Assembly: GCA_049516635.1 (NCBI GenBank)
Contig: JBEKSX010000002.1
Location: forward strand, 3,768-67,767
From: Ignavibacteria bacterium
GTDB lineage: Bacteria > Bacteroidota > Ignavibacteria > Tepidaquicellales > OLB5
Direction of reading: 5' to 3'
Length of the DNA stretch: 64,000 nt
Part shown: positions 19,794 through 28,561 of the stretch, in pieces
Layout: each line of letters begins with the position of its first letter
Position numbering within the stretch: the stretch's first letter is position 1
Program-made: the position numbers and the translations under genes
Notes under the pieces: model-generated
The model's input: only the letters and a program-made list of their open reading frames with translations
Database searches by the model: none
What the model was told of the DNA's origin: nothing

Positions 19794-20363
19794 TTAATGC
19801 AATATATAATCTATATCCAGCACAGTCAGAAACCCGTCACCGTCGATATCGCCTTTATCAATAGTACCCGCGCACTCGTGGCATGAGTAGATCGTTTTCA
19901 AATATTTTTTCTCTATCAGCTTCGGTATGATGTCATAGAACTTAGGCTCACCGGGATACAACGTCATGTAAAACTCATACAGACCTAAAGTGCCTTTATT
20001 TGAGTTACATTCGGGACATGCACGCACCTGGTTATGTATCGCCTGTAACTTATCACAGGACACACATTCCGGTTTTATTTTTAGTGACCCCGGAACAATA
20101 TGCTCCCAGTTCATAACATCATCCCCCTTCCCGCAGTACGCGCAATTGCGACTATCTGCTTCCATTAATTGCTTATCCTCTCGAATTATATCTGACCACG
20201 ATTTGGAACCGAATTTTAAACCCTTGAAAGTGCTCTTGATAAACCCGTAATGCCTGTATTTAGCTTCCACTCCGTCCGGTAGCTCAAAGGCACTTTTTGC
20301 AATAATTTTTGAGTACTGGTAATATATCAGTTCTCTTATAGTTTTAACTCCACGGTCCGGCAT
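19794..20363 (-). CDS. HNH endonuclease with C-terminal EF-hand/dockerin-like Ca-binding loop
   Basis: The 189-aa ORF has CAYCG (C74, C77), WEH (H88), HN (H110, N111) and CPECNSNKG (C116, C119), which together form an HNH/zinc motif. The C-terminal DIDGDGFLTVLD (res 172-183) fits the 12-residue DxDxDGxLxxxD loop. Confidence 0.8.
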   Translation of the reverse strand: MPDRGVKTIRELIYYQYSKIIAKSAFELPDGVEAKYRHYGFIKSTFKGLKFGSKSWSDIIREDKQLMEADSRNCAYCGKGDDVMNWEHIVPGSLKIKPECVSCDKLQAIHNQVRACPECNSNKGTLGLYEFYMTLYPGEPKFYDIIPKLIEKKYLKTIYSCHECAGTIDKGDIDGDGFLTVLDIDYILH

Positions 20364-20513
20364 GTGAGAAAAGGATAATAATTATATTGATATAAATCTA
20401 TTTCTTATTTATAGTAAATATAGTAATTTATTGCTACAAATAATATATTTTAACCATAGGACATTAATAATTGTTCTTATTAAAATATTCTTTTAGTTAG
20501 AACGGATCTTTAA

Positions 20514-21374
20514 ATGACTAAAGTTAAGTTCAACCCAATAATTCCAGTAAAAAACGATGACTTATTTGTAGAACAAGTTGGGGAATGGGCAAAAGAAAAG
20601 TATAGTTTAGTTGGAGTTTATTGTGATATATTTACAAAAAGTATGAAATCAAGATGGGGTAACTTAGTTTATATTGATCTCTTTGCTGGTTGTGGTTACT
20701 CACGTATAAAGGACACAAAAACATATATTAAATCATCCCCTTTAATTGCCCTTTCAGTCCCAAATAAATTTACTAAATATATCTTTTGTGAAGAAAATAA
20801 TGAAAAATGCAAATCATTAGAAAGAAGAATTAAAGGAGAGTATAATGATTTAAATTACATTATAATTAAAGGTGACTGTAATAAAAGAGTAGAATCAATA
20901 AAGAATGCATTGCCTAAATATAGTAAAAATAATACAGTATTATCTTTTTGTTTTGCTGACCCATACGCCATGAGTAATTTAAACTTTATAACTATTGAAA
21001 GATTATCACAATTCATGATCGATTTTCTAATTCTAATTCCGACAGGAATGGATGCTAGAAGAAATTTGAAATATTACTTAGATGGAAACAATGAAACTGT
21101 AGACTACTTTATTGATAATAGAGACTGGAGAGAAAAATTTAGAAAAACATATAAAGAAAACAACCAATCCTTCGTAAGCTTTCTTAAAGAGATATATTCA
21201 AATAAAATGGTTTCACTAGGTTATAAAGAACCAGGATCCTTTCATTTAATAAAATCTATAAATAAGAATTTGCCATTATACCATTTAGCTTTTTTTTCAA
21301 AACATGCATTAGGTAATAAGTTTTGGGATGCAGTAAATGAATATTCGAGTCAGCAAGTTGAATTATTTAGTTAA
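20514..21374 (+). CDS. three-Cys-motif partner protein TcmP-like
   Basis: The 286-aa ORF has the W..EK...L..Y region, then VYIDLFAGCGYS (res 52-63, MTase motif I-like) and FCFADPYA (motif IV-like). It sits 2 nt upstream of a Gp37/Gp68 gene, the defining context of TcmP. Confidence 0.65.
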   Translation: MTKVKFNPIIPVKNDDLFVEQVGEWAKEKYSLVGVYCDIFTKSMKSRWGNLVYIDLFAGCGYSRIKDTKTYIKSSPLIALSVPNKFTKYIFCEENNEKCKSLERRIKGEYNDLNYIIIKGDCNKRVESIKNALPKYSKNNTVLSFCFADPYAMSNLNFITIERLSQFMIDFLILIPTGMDARRNLKYYLDGNNETVDYFIDNRDWREKFRKTYKENNQSFVSFLKEIYSNKMVSLGYKEPGSFHLIKSINKNLPLYHLAFFSKHALGNKFWDAVNEYSSQQVELFS

Positions 21375-21376
21375 TC

Positions 21377-22117
21377 ATGTCTAAATCAAAAATTGAGTGG
21401 ACTGAAGTTACGTGGAACCCTGCTACGGGATGCAATAAGGTATCACCCGGCTGTAAATACTGCTATGCCGAGGTTTTCGCTAAGAGACTGCAGGGAATGG
21501 GAGTCAATAAATATGAGAACGGCTTTGAGTTAACTTTACAGCCCGATGTCCTGAATTTACCAAAAAGATGGCGGGGGAATAAAACTGTATTTGTTAACAG
21601 CATGAGCGATCTTTTTCACGAAAACATACCTTTCGAGTATATCAAAAAAGTATTCAATGTAATGCATGAGTGCCCGCAGCACACATTTCAGGTTCTTACC
21701 AAAAGATCAGAAAGATTGTCCAAAATGGCAAATAAACTGACCTGGACACCCAATATCTGGATGGGTGTTTCGGTCGAGAACGAAGACTACACATTTAGAA
21801 TTGACCAATTAAGGAAGATACCTTCTAAAATTAAATTCTTATCATTAGAACCGCTCCTGGGTCCTTTACCTGATTTGAATCTAAAAAACATCGACTGGGT
21901 AATAGTCGGAGGCGAGTCAGGCAAAAAAGCCAGACCCATGCGAAGTGAATGGGTGCTGGATATTCAAAAGCAGTGTGGAGCAAAGAAGGTACTTTTCTTC
22001 TTTAAACAATGGGGCGGAATGAACAAAAAACTTACCGGACGTGAATTAAATGGCAGAACCTATGATGATATGCCCAGAAGAGCAAAAAACGATATGGAAC
22101 TGTTTCAGAATATATAA
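21377..22117 (+). CDS. phage Gp37/Gp68 family (DUF5131) three-Cys-motif protein
   Basis: The 246-aa ORF has the N-terminus IEWTEVTWNPATGCNKVSPGCKYCYAE, a family hallmark with C19-x6-C26-x2-C29. Later motifs are VFVNSMSDLFHE and DWVIVGGESG. Confidence 0.85.
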   Translation: MSKSKIEWTEVTWNPATGCNKVSPGCKYCYAEVFAKRLQGMGVNKYENGFELTLQPDVLNLPKRWRGNKTVFVNSMSDLFHENIPFEYIKKVFNVMHECPQHTFQVLTKRSERLSKMANKLTWTPNIWMGVSVENEDYTFRIDQLRKIPSKIKFLSLEPLLGPLPDLNLKNIDWVIVGGESGKKARPMRSEWVLDIQKQCGAKKVLFFFKQWGGMNKKLTGRELNGRTYDDMPRRAKNDMELFQNI

Positions 22118-22403
22118 GCATTTACTAAGCTTAATCTGCTAAAGTCTGTGTAATCTGTGTTCTGTTCCCCTCACCTTCCTAGCTCCCATGCCTTCCCGCT
22201 GTAGCTACAGCTTATGCGGGCGGTTCAGCCCCGCTAACCTTTTCACGGTAATTTTCACATAACCTCAAAAACAGCAGTATTTTTCAGTGTAAAAATTCGT
22301 CCCCCTCTTGACAAACGGGAAAAAGTTATTTAGATTTATGATAAGCTGATTAATTCAGAAAATAAAAGTGCGTTCTTTGACATAATTCAACTATTCTCCT
22401 CTT

Positions 22404-22488
22404 GTCATTCCTGCCCATCTAAGACGGGTAGACTCCGGCAGGAATCCACTTTTCTATTCTAATGGATTCCCGCTTTCGCGGGAATGAC
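22404..22488. repeat. palindromic double-hairpin element with GTCATTCC / GGAATGAC termini
   Basis: The left arm is gtcattcctgcc...ggcaggaatcc and the right arm is ggattcccgc-tttc-gcgggaatgac. The termini form an inverted repeat, giving a MITE/REP-like architecture. Confidence 0.5.
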
Positions 22489-22745
22489 ACATTGGCGTGG
22501 TAACTATCAACCCAAAAACTGTATTTTAAGTAATCAAATCATCAAAAAATTTTCCCTCCTGTAGCTACATTATAAGTAAATAAGTTACGGTCAGTTAACT
22601 GTTTTAAATTAGGAAAAGGATTTTGCATTTTTGATTACTTAAACATTAAATCGATTACTTAAGTAATAGGGGTGTACCCCCAAAATAACACATGCTTTAC
22701 TAACGAAATGCAGGTAACGTGGAAAAAAGTGGGTTAGAAGCCACT

Positions 22746-22820
22746 GTCATTCTGAGGGAACGAAGTGACCGAAGAATCTCAATTAGAGATCCTTCCCCCG
22801 AGTTCTCGGGGTCAGGATGA
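22746..22820. repeat. palindromic double-hairpin element with GTCATYCTGA termini
   Basis: The left arm is gtcattctgagggaacgaagtgaccgaagaatc and the right arm is tcccccgagttctcggggtcaggatgac. The termini gtcattctga and tcaggatgac are inverted repeats. Confidence 0.5.
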
Positions 22821-22824
22821 CAAA

Positions 22825-22853
22825 TAAAAAAAGGGTGTTATAAATAACACCCT
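22825..22853 (-). terminator. intrinsic terminator of nrdJ
   Basis: The minus-strand hairpin agggtgtt-atttat-aacaccct is followed by a run of 7 T, about 60 nt after the nrdJ stop. Confidence 0.7.
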
Positions 22854-22868
22854 CACTCTAAAGACTCA

Positions 22869-22895
22869 ATACACTCGATACACTCGATACACTCA
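22869..22895. repeat. tandem 9-mer ATACACTCG x3
   Basis: The sequence atacactcg atacactcg atacactca is followed by a degenerate acgcact. It lies between the nrdJ stop (22912) and its terminator. Confidence 0.6.
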
Positions 22896-22911
22896 ACGCA
22901 CTAGATTTATT

Positions 22912-25900
22912 CTAGCTGCATCCGCTTGTCTCGCCGCACGTAGTGCACTTGAGACATGTACCGTTGCGTACCATCGTGAAGCTTCCGCAGGAAGAACAAA
23001 CATCGCCGGAATAACCTTTGAGCTTCGCTTCTTTTATCATCTCAATCTTATCCGATTGCGTCTTCACCTGCGGTGTCTGCGGGTAACCCGGCGGTATCAT
23101 TCTCAGCGGGTCGGGATCCGCCGGAACCTTCCGCGGGTCTTCTTCGATAATACGTTCGCTGTATATCTCCTCCTCATCGAAGTCCGCTTCCTTGTCGAGC
23201 TTGGAGATAGAATCGATGGGACTGGTATGCAGTTCGCTCTCCGATGCTATCTGTGCGAGGTCGGTCCTGCCGAGATATGTAACAGCGAGCTCACGGAAAA
23301 TATAATCTATTATCGATGTTGTCATCTTGATGTTCGGATTCCCGATGACGATACCGTTCGGCTCGAAACGTGTGAACACAAAAGCATCCACAAATTCCTC
23401 GAGCGGAACACCATGCTGGAGACCCAGCGAGATTGCGATCGCAAAACAGTTCATTAAGCTTCTGAATGCAGCGCCCTCGCGGTGCATATCGATGAATATT
23501 TCGCCTATTTGTCCGTTCTCATATTCGCCAGTGCGGAGGTAAACGGAATGGTTGCCTATCTTTGCTTTCTGAGTGTAGCCTCTCCGTCTGAACGGGAGTT
23601 TCCTCCGCTTTGCGATATACCGGTGGATTATCCTCTCGGCTATCCTGATGATATCGTTCGACTTGGAGAGCGGTTCGCTGTAATCGGAATCATCATTGCC
23701 GCCGTTCTCGCTCACGCTGTTAAGAGGCTGTGAAAGCTTTGAACCGTCACGGTAAAGCGCGTTCGCTTTCAGTCCCAGCGACCATGAGAGCATGTAGGCA
23801 CGCTTCATATCCTCAATTGATGCTTCGTTGGGAAGATTAATGGTCTTTGATATCGCGCCGGAGATGAACGGCTGCGCCGCCGCCATCAGTTTGATGTGCG
23901 CTTCTGCAGAGATGTATCTGGTCCCGGTTCTGCCGCATTTATTTGCACAGTCGAATATCGGGTAATGAAGCTCTTTAAGATGAGGTGCGCCTTCTATCGT
24001 CATTGTTCCGCAGATGTAATCGTTTGCTTCTTCTATCTGCTCTTTTGAAAATCCGATCGCCCTGAGCATGTTGAAATTGAAATCATCCAGCTGTTCCTCT
24101 TTGAAGCCGAGAACGTTATGGCAGAAATCCGAGCCCAGTGTCCACTTATTGAACGTGAAGTTTATATCGAAGACCGATGGGAGACTTTTCTCCACCAGGC
24201 TGATGACATCTTTCGTAAATCCTTTTTCGGCTAAGCTCTGTACGTTGATATGGGGACAGTTAGCAAGCGTACCGTGACCCTTTGTGTACTTGATAATATC
24301 ATTTATCTCCATTTCGGTATAGCCGAGCTTCTCAAGTGCGGGCGGAACAGATTCGTTGATTATCTTAAAGTATCCGCCGCCTGCAAGTTTTTTGAACTTC
24401 ACGAGAGCGAAATCGGGTTCCACACCGGTCGTATCGCAGTCCATCACGAGACCGATGGTGCCCGTAGGTGCTATCACGGTGACCTGTGCGTTCCTGTAAC
24501 CGTATTTTTCACCTAGCTGAAGAGCACGGTCGGCATCCTGTCTTGCGGCATTGAGAAGATCATCAGGGCAGAACTTTTTGTTTATGCCCATGGGCATTAT
24601 GGAAAGTCCCTCATATTCTTCGGAAGGCGAATTATAAGCGGCACGCCTGTGATTTCTTATGACGCGCAGCATACTGGATTCGTTCTCTTTGTACCTGGGG
24701 AAAGGACCAAGCTCCATTGCCATTTCCGCTGACGTTGCGTAAGCCCTCATGTGCATCATTGCTGTGAGAGCACCGGTGATTGCAAGCGCTTCATTTGAAT
24801 CATAGGGAATGCCTTGGAGCATAAGCAGAGCGCCGAGATTTGCGTAACCGAGACCGAGTGTCCTGTAATCATAAGAGAGCTTTGCTATCTTCCTGCTGGG
24901 GAACTGCGCCATGAGCACACTTATCTCCAGCACGATCGTCCACAGCCTTACGGCATGGCGGTACTTCTCCGTCTCGAAAACGTTTTTATCGAGGTCATAA
25001 AACTTTACCAGGTTGACGGATGCAAGGTTGCAGGCGGTATCATCCAGGAACATATATTCGGAGCACGGGTTAGATGCTTTTATCTCCCCGCCCTTCGGGC
25101 AGGTGTGCCACTCATTAATAGTGGTATGGAACTGCATGCCGGGGTCGGCACAGGACCAGGCGGAATATGCTATCTGGTCCCATAATTCGCGTGCTTTTAA
25201 GGTTTTGCTGGCAACCGGTTTGCGTCCTTCGAGCTTTGATTTGACAAGCTCCGTACGCCAGTAGAGGTTCCAGTCGCCGCCTGATGCGACCGCATTCATG
25301 AAATCGTTTGTTGCGCGGACACTGTTGTTGGAGTTTTGCCCGGATACCGTCACGTATGATTCTGAGTTCCAGTCCGTATCATAGACGGGAACATAAATTT
25401 CTTTAACGCCAAGCCTCGCGAGATGGATGACGCGCTCGATATAATTTTCGGGGATCATGCAACGGTGTGCATCGGCTATCGCTTTAGCAAGCTGTTTATT
25501 GCTCTTCCTGTCGAAAGGATCGTTCTCGGGATGAGAAGGTTCGCATGCGCGGATGATGTTATTGAGATGTATGTTTAGCATGCGTGAGCCTGCAACGAGG
25601 TCAGCTACTTTCTGCTCCTCGATAACTTTCCAGTTAATGTATTCTTCTATATCAGGGTGGTCGAGATCGAGCGTAACCATTTTTGCAGCTCTTCGTGTAG
25701 TGCCTCCGGATTTAATTGCACCGGCACTCCGATCACCGATCTTGAGAAACGACATTAATCCCGATGATTTTCCCCCGCCGCTGAGCGGTTCGTTTGTTCC
25801 GCGCAGGTTAGAAAAGTTCGTACCCGTACCAGAACCGTACTTAAATAAACGCGCTTCTCTAACCCAGAGGTCCATGATGCCGCCTTCGTTGACGAGATCA

Positions 25901-26517
25901 TCTGTAATTGACTGGATGAAACATGCATGAGGCTGAGGATGTGTGTACGCATCTTCCGATGCACGTACTTCACCGGTTTGGGGATCAGAGTAATAATGGC
26001 CCTGCGGCGGTCCGGTTATTCCGTACGCCCAATTGAGACCTGTATTAAACCATTGAGGTGAGTTAGGCGCAGCCGTCTGCATGGCAAGCATGTAGCAAAG
26101 CTCGTTATAAAAATTTCTTGCATCTGCTTCATTGTCAAAATACTGGTTCTTCCATCCCCAGTATGTCCAGCATCCTGCAAGACGATGGAAGACCTGTCTC
26201 GAGTCGGTCTCGGAAGTATATCTTTCTTCCGGCGAGACCTCGTTCATTTTTTCTCTATCCTCTTCCGAGCGGCTCAGCCAGTCAGGAACATTTTCTTCTT
26301 TAATTTTCTTAAGAAATTTAGGAACTCCGGCTTTGCGGAAATATTTTTGCGATATGATATCGGTAGCAACCTGTGACCATTGTCTCGGAACAATAATATC
26401 GATCATCTCAAATACGATCGAACCGTCGGGGTTTCTGATTACTGAAGTGCGTTTTACGAATTCTATGTTCCCAAAAGGATCTTTTCCTTCTTCAACTAAA
26501 AAACTTTTGATCTTCAT
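22912..26517 (-). CDS. nrdJ: adenosylcobalamin-dependent (class II) ribonucleotide reductase
   Basis: The 1201-aa ORF has the active-site region [22 protein letters not shown], a GGGTG finger-loop context and a C-terminal Cys-rich tail CSSCGS...CLKCTTCG typical of long NrdJ proteins. Confidence 0.9.
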   Translation of the reverse strand: MKIKSFLVEEGKDPFGNIEFVKRTSVIRNPDGSIVFEMIDIIVPRQWSQVATDIISQKYFRKAGVPKFLKKIKEENVPDWLSRSEEDREKMNEVSPEERYTSETDSRQVFHRLAGCWTYWGWKNQYFDNEADARNFYNELCYMLAMQTAAPNSPQWFNTGLNWAYGITGPPQGHYYSDPQTGEVRASEDAYTHPQPHACFIQSITDDLVNEGGIMDLWVREARLFKYGSGTGTNFSNLRGTNEPLSGGGKSSGLMSFLKIGDRSAGAIKSGGTTRRAAKMVTLDLDHPDIEEYINWKVIEEQKVADLVAGSRMLNIHLNNIIRACEPSHPENDPFDRKSNKQLAKAIADAHRCMIPENYIERVIHLARLGVKEIYVPVYDTDWNSESYVTVSGQNSNNSVRATNDFMNAVASGGDWNLYWRTELVKSKLEGRKPVASKTLKARELWDQIAYSAWSCADPGMQFHTTINEWHTCPKGGEIKASNPCSEYMFLDDTACNLASVNLVKFYDLDKNVFETEKYRHAVRLWTIVLEISVLMAQFPSRKIAKLSYDYRTLGLGYANLGALLMLQGIPYDSNEALAITGALTAMMHMRAYATSAEMAMELGPFPRYKENESSMLRVIRNHRRAAYNSPSEEYEGLSIMPMGINKKFCPDDLLNAARQDADRALQLGEKYGYRNAQVTVIAPTGTIGLVMDCDTTGVEPDFALVKFKKLAGGGYFKIINESVPPALEKLGYTEMEINDIIKYTKGHGTLANCPHINVQSLAEKGFTKDVISLVEKSLPSVFDINFTFNKWTLGSDFCHNVLGFKEEQLDDFNFNMLRAIGFSKEQIEEANDYICGTMTIEGAPHLKELHYPIFDCANKCGRTGTRYISAEAHIKLMAAAQPFISGAISKTINLPNEASIEDMKRAYMLSWSLGLKANALYRDGSKLSQPLNSVSENGGNDDSDYSEPLSKSNDIIRIAERIIHRYIAKRRKLPFRRRGYTQKAKIGNHSVYLRTGEYENGQIGEIFIDMHREGAAFRSLMNCFAIAISLGLQHGVPLEEFVDAFVFTRFEPNGIVIGNPNIKMTTSIIDYIFRELAVTYLGRTDLAQIASESELHTSPIDSISKLDKEADFDEEEIYSERIIEEDPRKVPADPDPLRMIPPGYPQTPQVKTQSDKIEMIKEAKLKGYSGDVCSSCGSFTMVRNGTCLKCTTCGETSGCS

Positions 26518-26759
26518 CTCATAAAAACATTATAATGATTAGAAACTCATCAATTTAATATTAAAACTTAGTTAAAAAGTTTCACGAAGAAACTTTTTCT
26601 CCCGAACTTAATGATAAATAGAAACTTTCGATGTGCGGGATTTTTATCAAGGATGTAAGGAAATTTTAATTCTATACCTGCTGGATTCAAAATTAACACA
26701 ATACTTTTTGAAATGCAAATGGTGTTTTACATCAAATCAGGTCATTCTCAGCTACAACA

Positions 26760-26794
26760 TAAAAATATCCCGAAATTGAGAGAATTTCGGGATA
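26760..26794 (-). terminator. intrinsic terminator of the kamA-like operon
   Basis: The minus-strand 12-bp stem tatcccgaaatt/aatttcgggata has a 5-nt loop and is followed by TTTTT, 56 nt after the stop at 26850. Confidence 0.7.
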
Positions 26795-26849
26795 AAATTT
26801 ATTTATCTAAAAAATATTTTAGATAAAAATCATAAATTTATTTATGCAT

Positions 26850-27986
26850 TTACTCTTCCATGAGAACCGGGAGCTGTATCTTTTTCTGTTTCTTCTTCAT
26901 CGGTCTCGATTCGATGCTCTTTCCGTTCTTGAGCACCGGATGATCTTCCTGTACATCGGGATACTCGAACACTTCATTCCGGAAATTACGCAGAACGATC
27001 TTCTCTTTGGTCCTCGCAAGAACATATTCAGGAAGAAGAGGGATCTTTCCTCCGCCGCCGGGTGCATCTATTACGAAATACGGAATTGCGAGACCCGATA
27101 TGTGCCCTCTGAGCTTATCCATAATTTCCAACCCTACATCTATCGGAGTTCTGAAATGATTCGCTCCCTTTGTAAGATCGGCCTGATAAATATAATACGG
27201 TCTCACTCTCATCATGAGGAGTTTCTTCATAAGCTCTTTCATAATTTCGGGGTCGTCGTTAACACCTTTAAGAAGCACTGTCTGGCATCCCACGGGACAT
27301 CCTGCATCAACAAGCATCTCACATGCTTTTCTGCTCTCTTCGGTGATCTCCCACGGGTGATTGAAATGCGTGTTCACGAATATCGGGTGGTATTTCCTCA
27401 GCATTTCGCAAAGCTGGGGCGTGATCCTCTGGGGCAGTACGCAGGGCATCTTTGTGCCGAGCCTGATGATTTGTATATGGGGAATTGTTCTTAACCTCTT
27501 CAAAATTTTTTCGAGCATGGCATCTGTCAGCATCAGGGGGTCGCCGCCGGATAGTATAACGTCGTTCACTTCGGTGTGCTCTTCAAGATACCTGAAAGCA
27601 CTCTCAAGCTGTTTTAGGTTGATCTTGCTGGAGTCGCCTACCTTCCTCTTCCGCGTACAGAACCTGCAGTACAAACCGCACTGGCTGGTTGTAAGAAACA
27701 GCACGCGGTCCGGGTAGCGATGAGTGATGTTCGGGACAGGGCTCATGTCATCTTCATGAAGCGGGTCTTCGAGTGCATCCCAATCTTCAAGCTCCTTTTC
27801 ATCGGGAACGCACTGACGCCATATCGGATCGCCCGGCTGGCGTATGAGACTGAGATAGTAAGGATTTATCCTCGCCTGGAAGAAATCTTCCAATCGTTCG
27901 GCTACTTCCCTTTTAATGCCGAACTTATCAACCAAATGGTCAACGGAACTTACGCTTTCTCTTAACAGCTGCTGCCAAAGTTCCAT
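26850..27986 (-). CDS. KamA-family radical SAM aminomutase (lysine 2,3-aminomutase-like)
   Basis: The 378-aa ORF has CGLYCRFC (C103-x3-C107-x2-C110), SGGDP and VIDAPGGGGK (PLP Lys314). D270 (YQADL) and D307 (IDAP) sit where lysine-specific aminomutases carry the two Asp residues. Confidence 0.85.
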   Translation of the reverse strand: MELWQQLLRESVSSVDHLVDKFGIKREVAERLEDFFQARINPYYLSLIRQPGDPIWRQCVPDEKELEDWDALEDPLHEDDMSPVPNITHRYPDRVLFLTTSQCGLYCRFCTRKRKVGDSSKINLKQLESAFRYLEEHTEVNDVILSGGDPLMLTDAMLEKILKRLRTIPHIQIIRLGTKMPCVLPQRITPQLCEMLRKYHPIFVNTHFNHPWEITEESRKACEMLVDAGCPVGCQTVLLKGVNDDPEIMKELMKKLLMMRVRPYYIYQADLTKGANHFRTPIDVGLEIMDKLRGHISGLAIPYFVIDAPGGGGKIPLLPEYVLARTKEKIVLRNFRNEVFEYPDVQEDHPVLKNGKSIESRPMKKKQKKIQLPVLMEE

Positions 27987-28047
27987 AAAGTTTTATAACT
28001 CCTATATTGTTAAAAAATACCCCTGTAAGACGGGATTAATTAAAAAC

Positions 28048-28524
28048 TTATATATATTTGTGGTAGATGTAAAGATCATCTCCCTTCCTGTAAAATCCCT
28101 TTATAATAGTTTGAACTTTATAGCCGTTCTTTTCATAGAACTTTCTTTCGCCCGAATAATTTTCCAGGCCGCTCGTTTCTATCAGCACCAATCCTGCTTT
28201 GTTCTTTTTCAGATCATCCTCCATGAACTCAATCAATTTGCTTCCTATCCCCTTTCCATGAACTGCAGGATCAACCGCAATCCAGTAGAGATCATATGTG
28301 CTATCGGTCATCGGCCTTTTCCCGTAACAGATATATCCTGCAGCCTTACCGTCATCACCGTTCATATAAGAATAAATTGTATAGTCATCCTGTTTCTCAT
28401 CGTCCAGATAAATATCAATCAGCTCAAGCGCAATGTTAATCTCTTCATCATTAAAGTTCTTCGTATCGATCAACAACTGCTTAATTAAATCCCTATCTTC
28501 CTTAATAAGTTTCCTTATCATCAA
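28048..28524 (-). CDS. GNAT-family N-acetyltransferase
   Basis: The 158-aa ORF has the acetyl-CoA motif A, WIAVDPAVHGKGIGSKL, and a C-terminal FYEKNGY. Confidence 0.8.
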   Translation of the reverse strand: MMIRKLIKEDRDLIKQLLIDTKNFNDEEINIALELIDIYLDDEKQDDYTIYSYMNGDDGKAAGYICYGKRPMTDSTYDLYWIAVDPAVHGKGIGSKLIEFMEDDLKKNKAGLVLIETSGLENYSGERKFYEKNGYKVQTIIKGFYRKGDDLYIYHKYI

Positions 28525-28561
28525 TATTTATCGTTGAACAAATTTTTTATTTCAAACAATA

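Noticed and set aside
22912-26517. Intein or domain insertion as an explanation for the 1201-aa length of NrdJ.
   Set aside because: The sequence reads continuously through the conserved RNR blocks. It has no Cys/Ser...HN splice-junction pattern or endonuclease motifs, and long NrdJ forms with a Cys-rich C-terminal tail are normal.
26518-26759. A possible NrdR box or cobalamin riboswitch upstream of nrdJ.
   Set aside because: I saw only a weak partial palindrome (acacaatac...ggtgt near 26695-26735). There is no pair of 16-bp NrdR-type boxes that I can defend by eye. The region is too AT-rich and too short in GC stems for a B12 riboswitch core. An Rfam or position-weight-matrix scan would settle it.
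26844-27494. A 216-aa plus-strand ORF, and also the 190-aa ORF at 27916-28488.
   Set aside because: Both lie entirely antisense to the well-supported KamA-like and GNAT genes. Their translations are low in recognisable motifs, rich in His/Phe/Leu/Ile, and look like shadow ORFs of the opposite strand.
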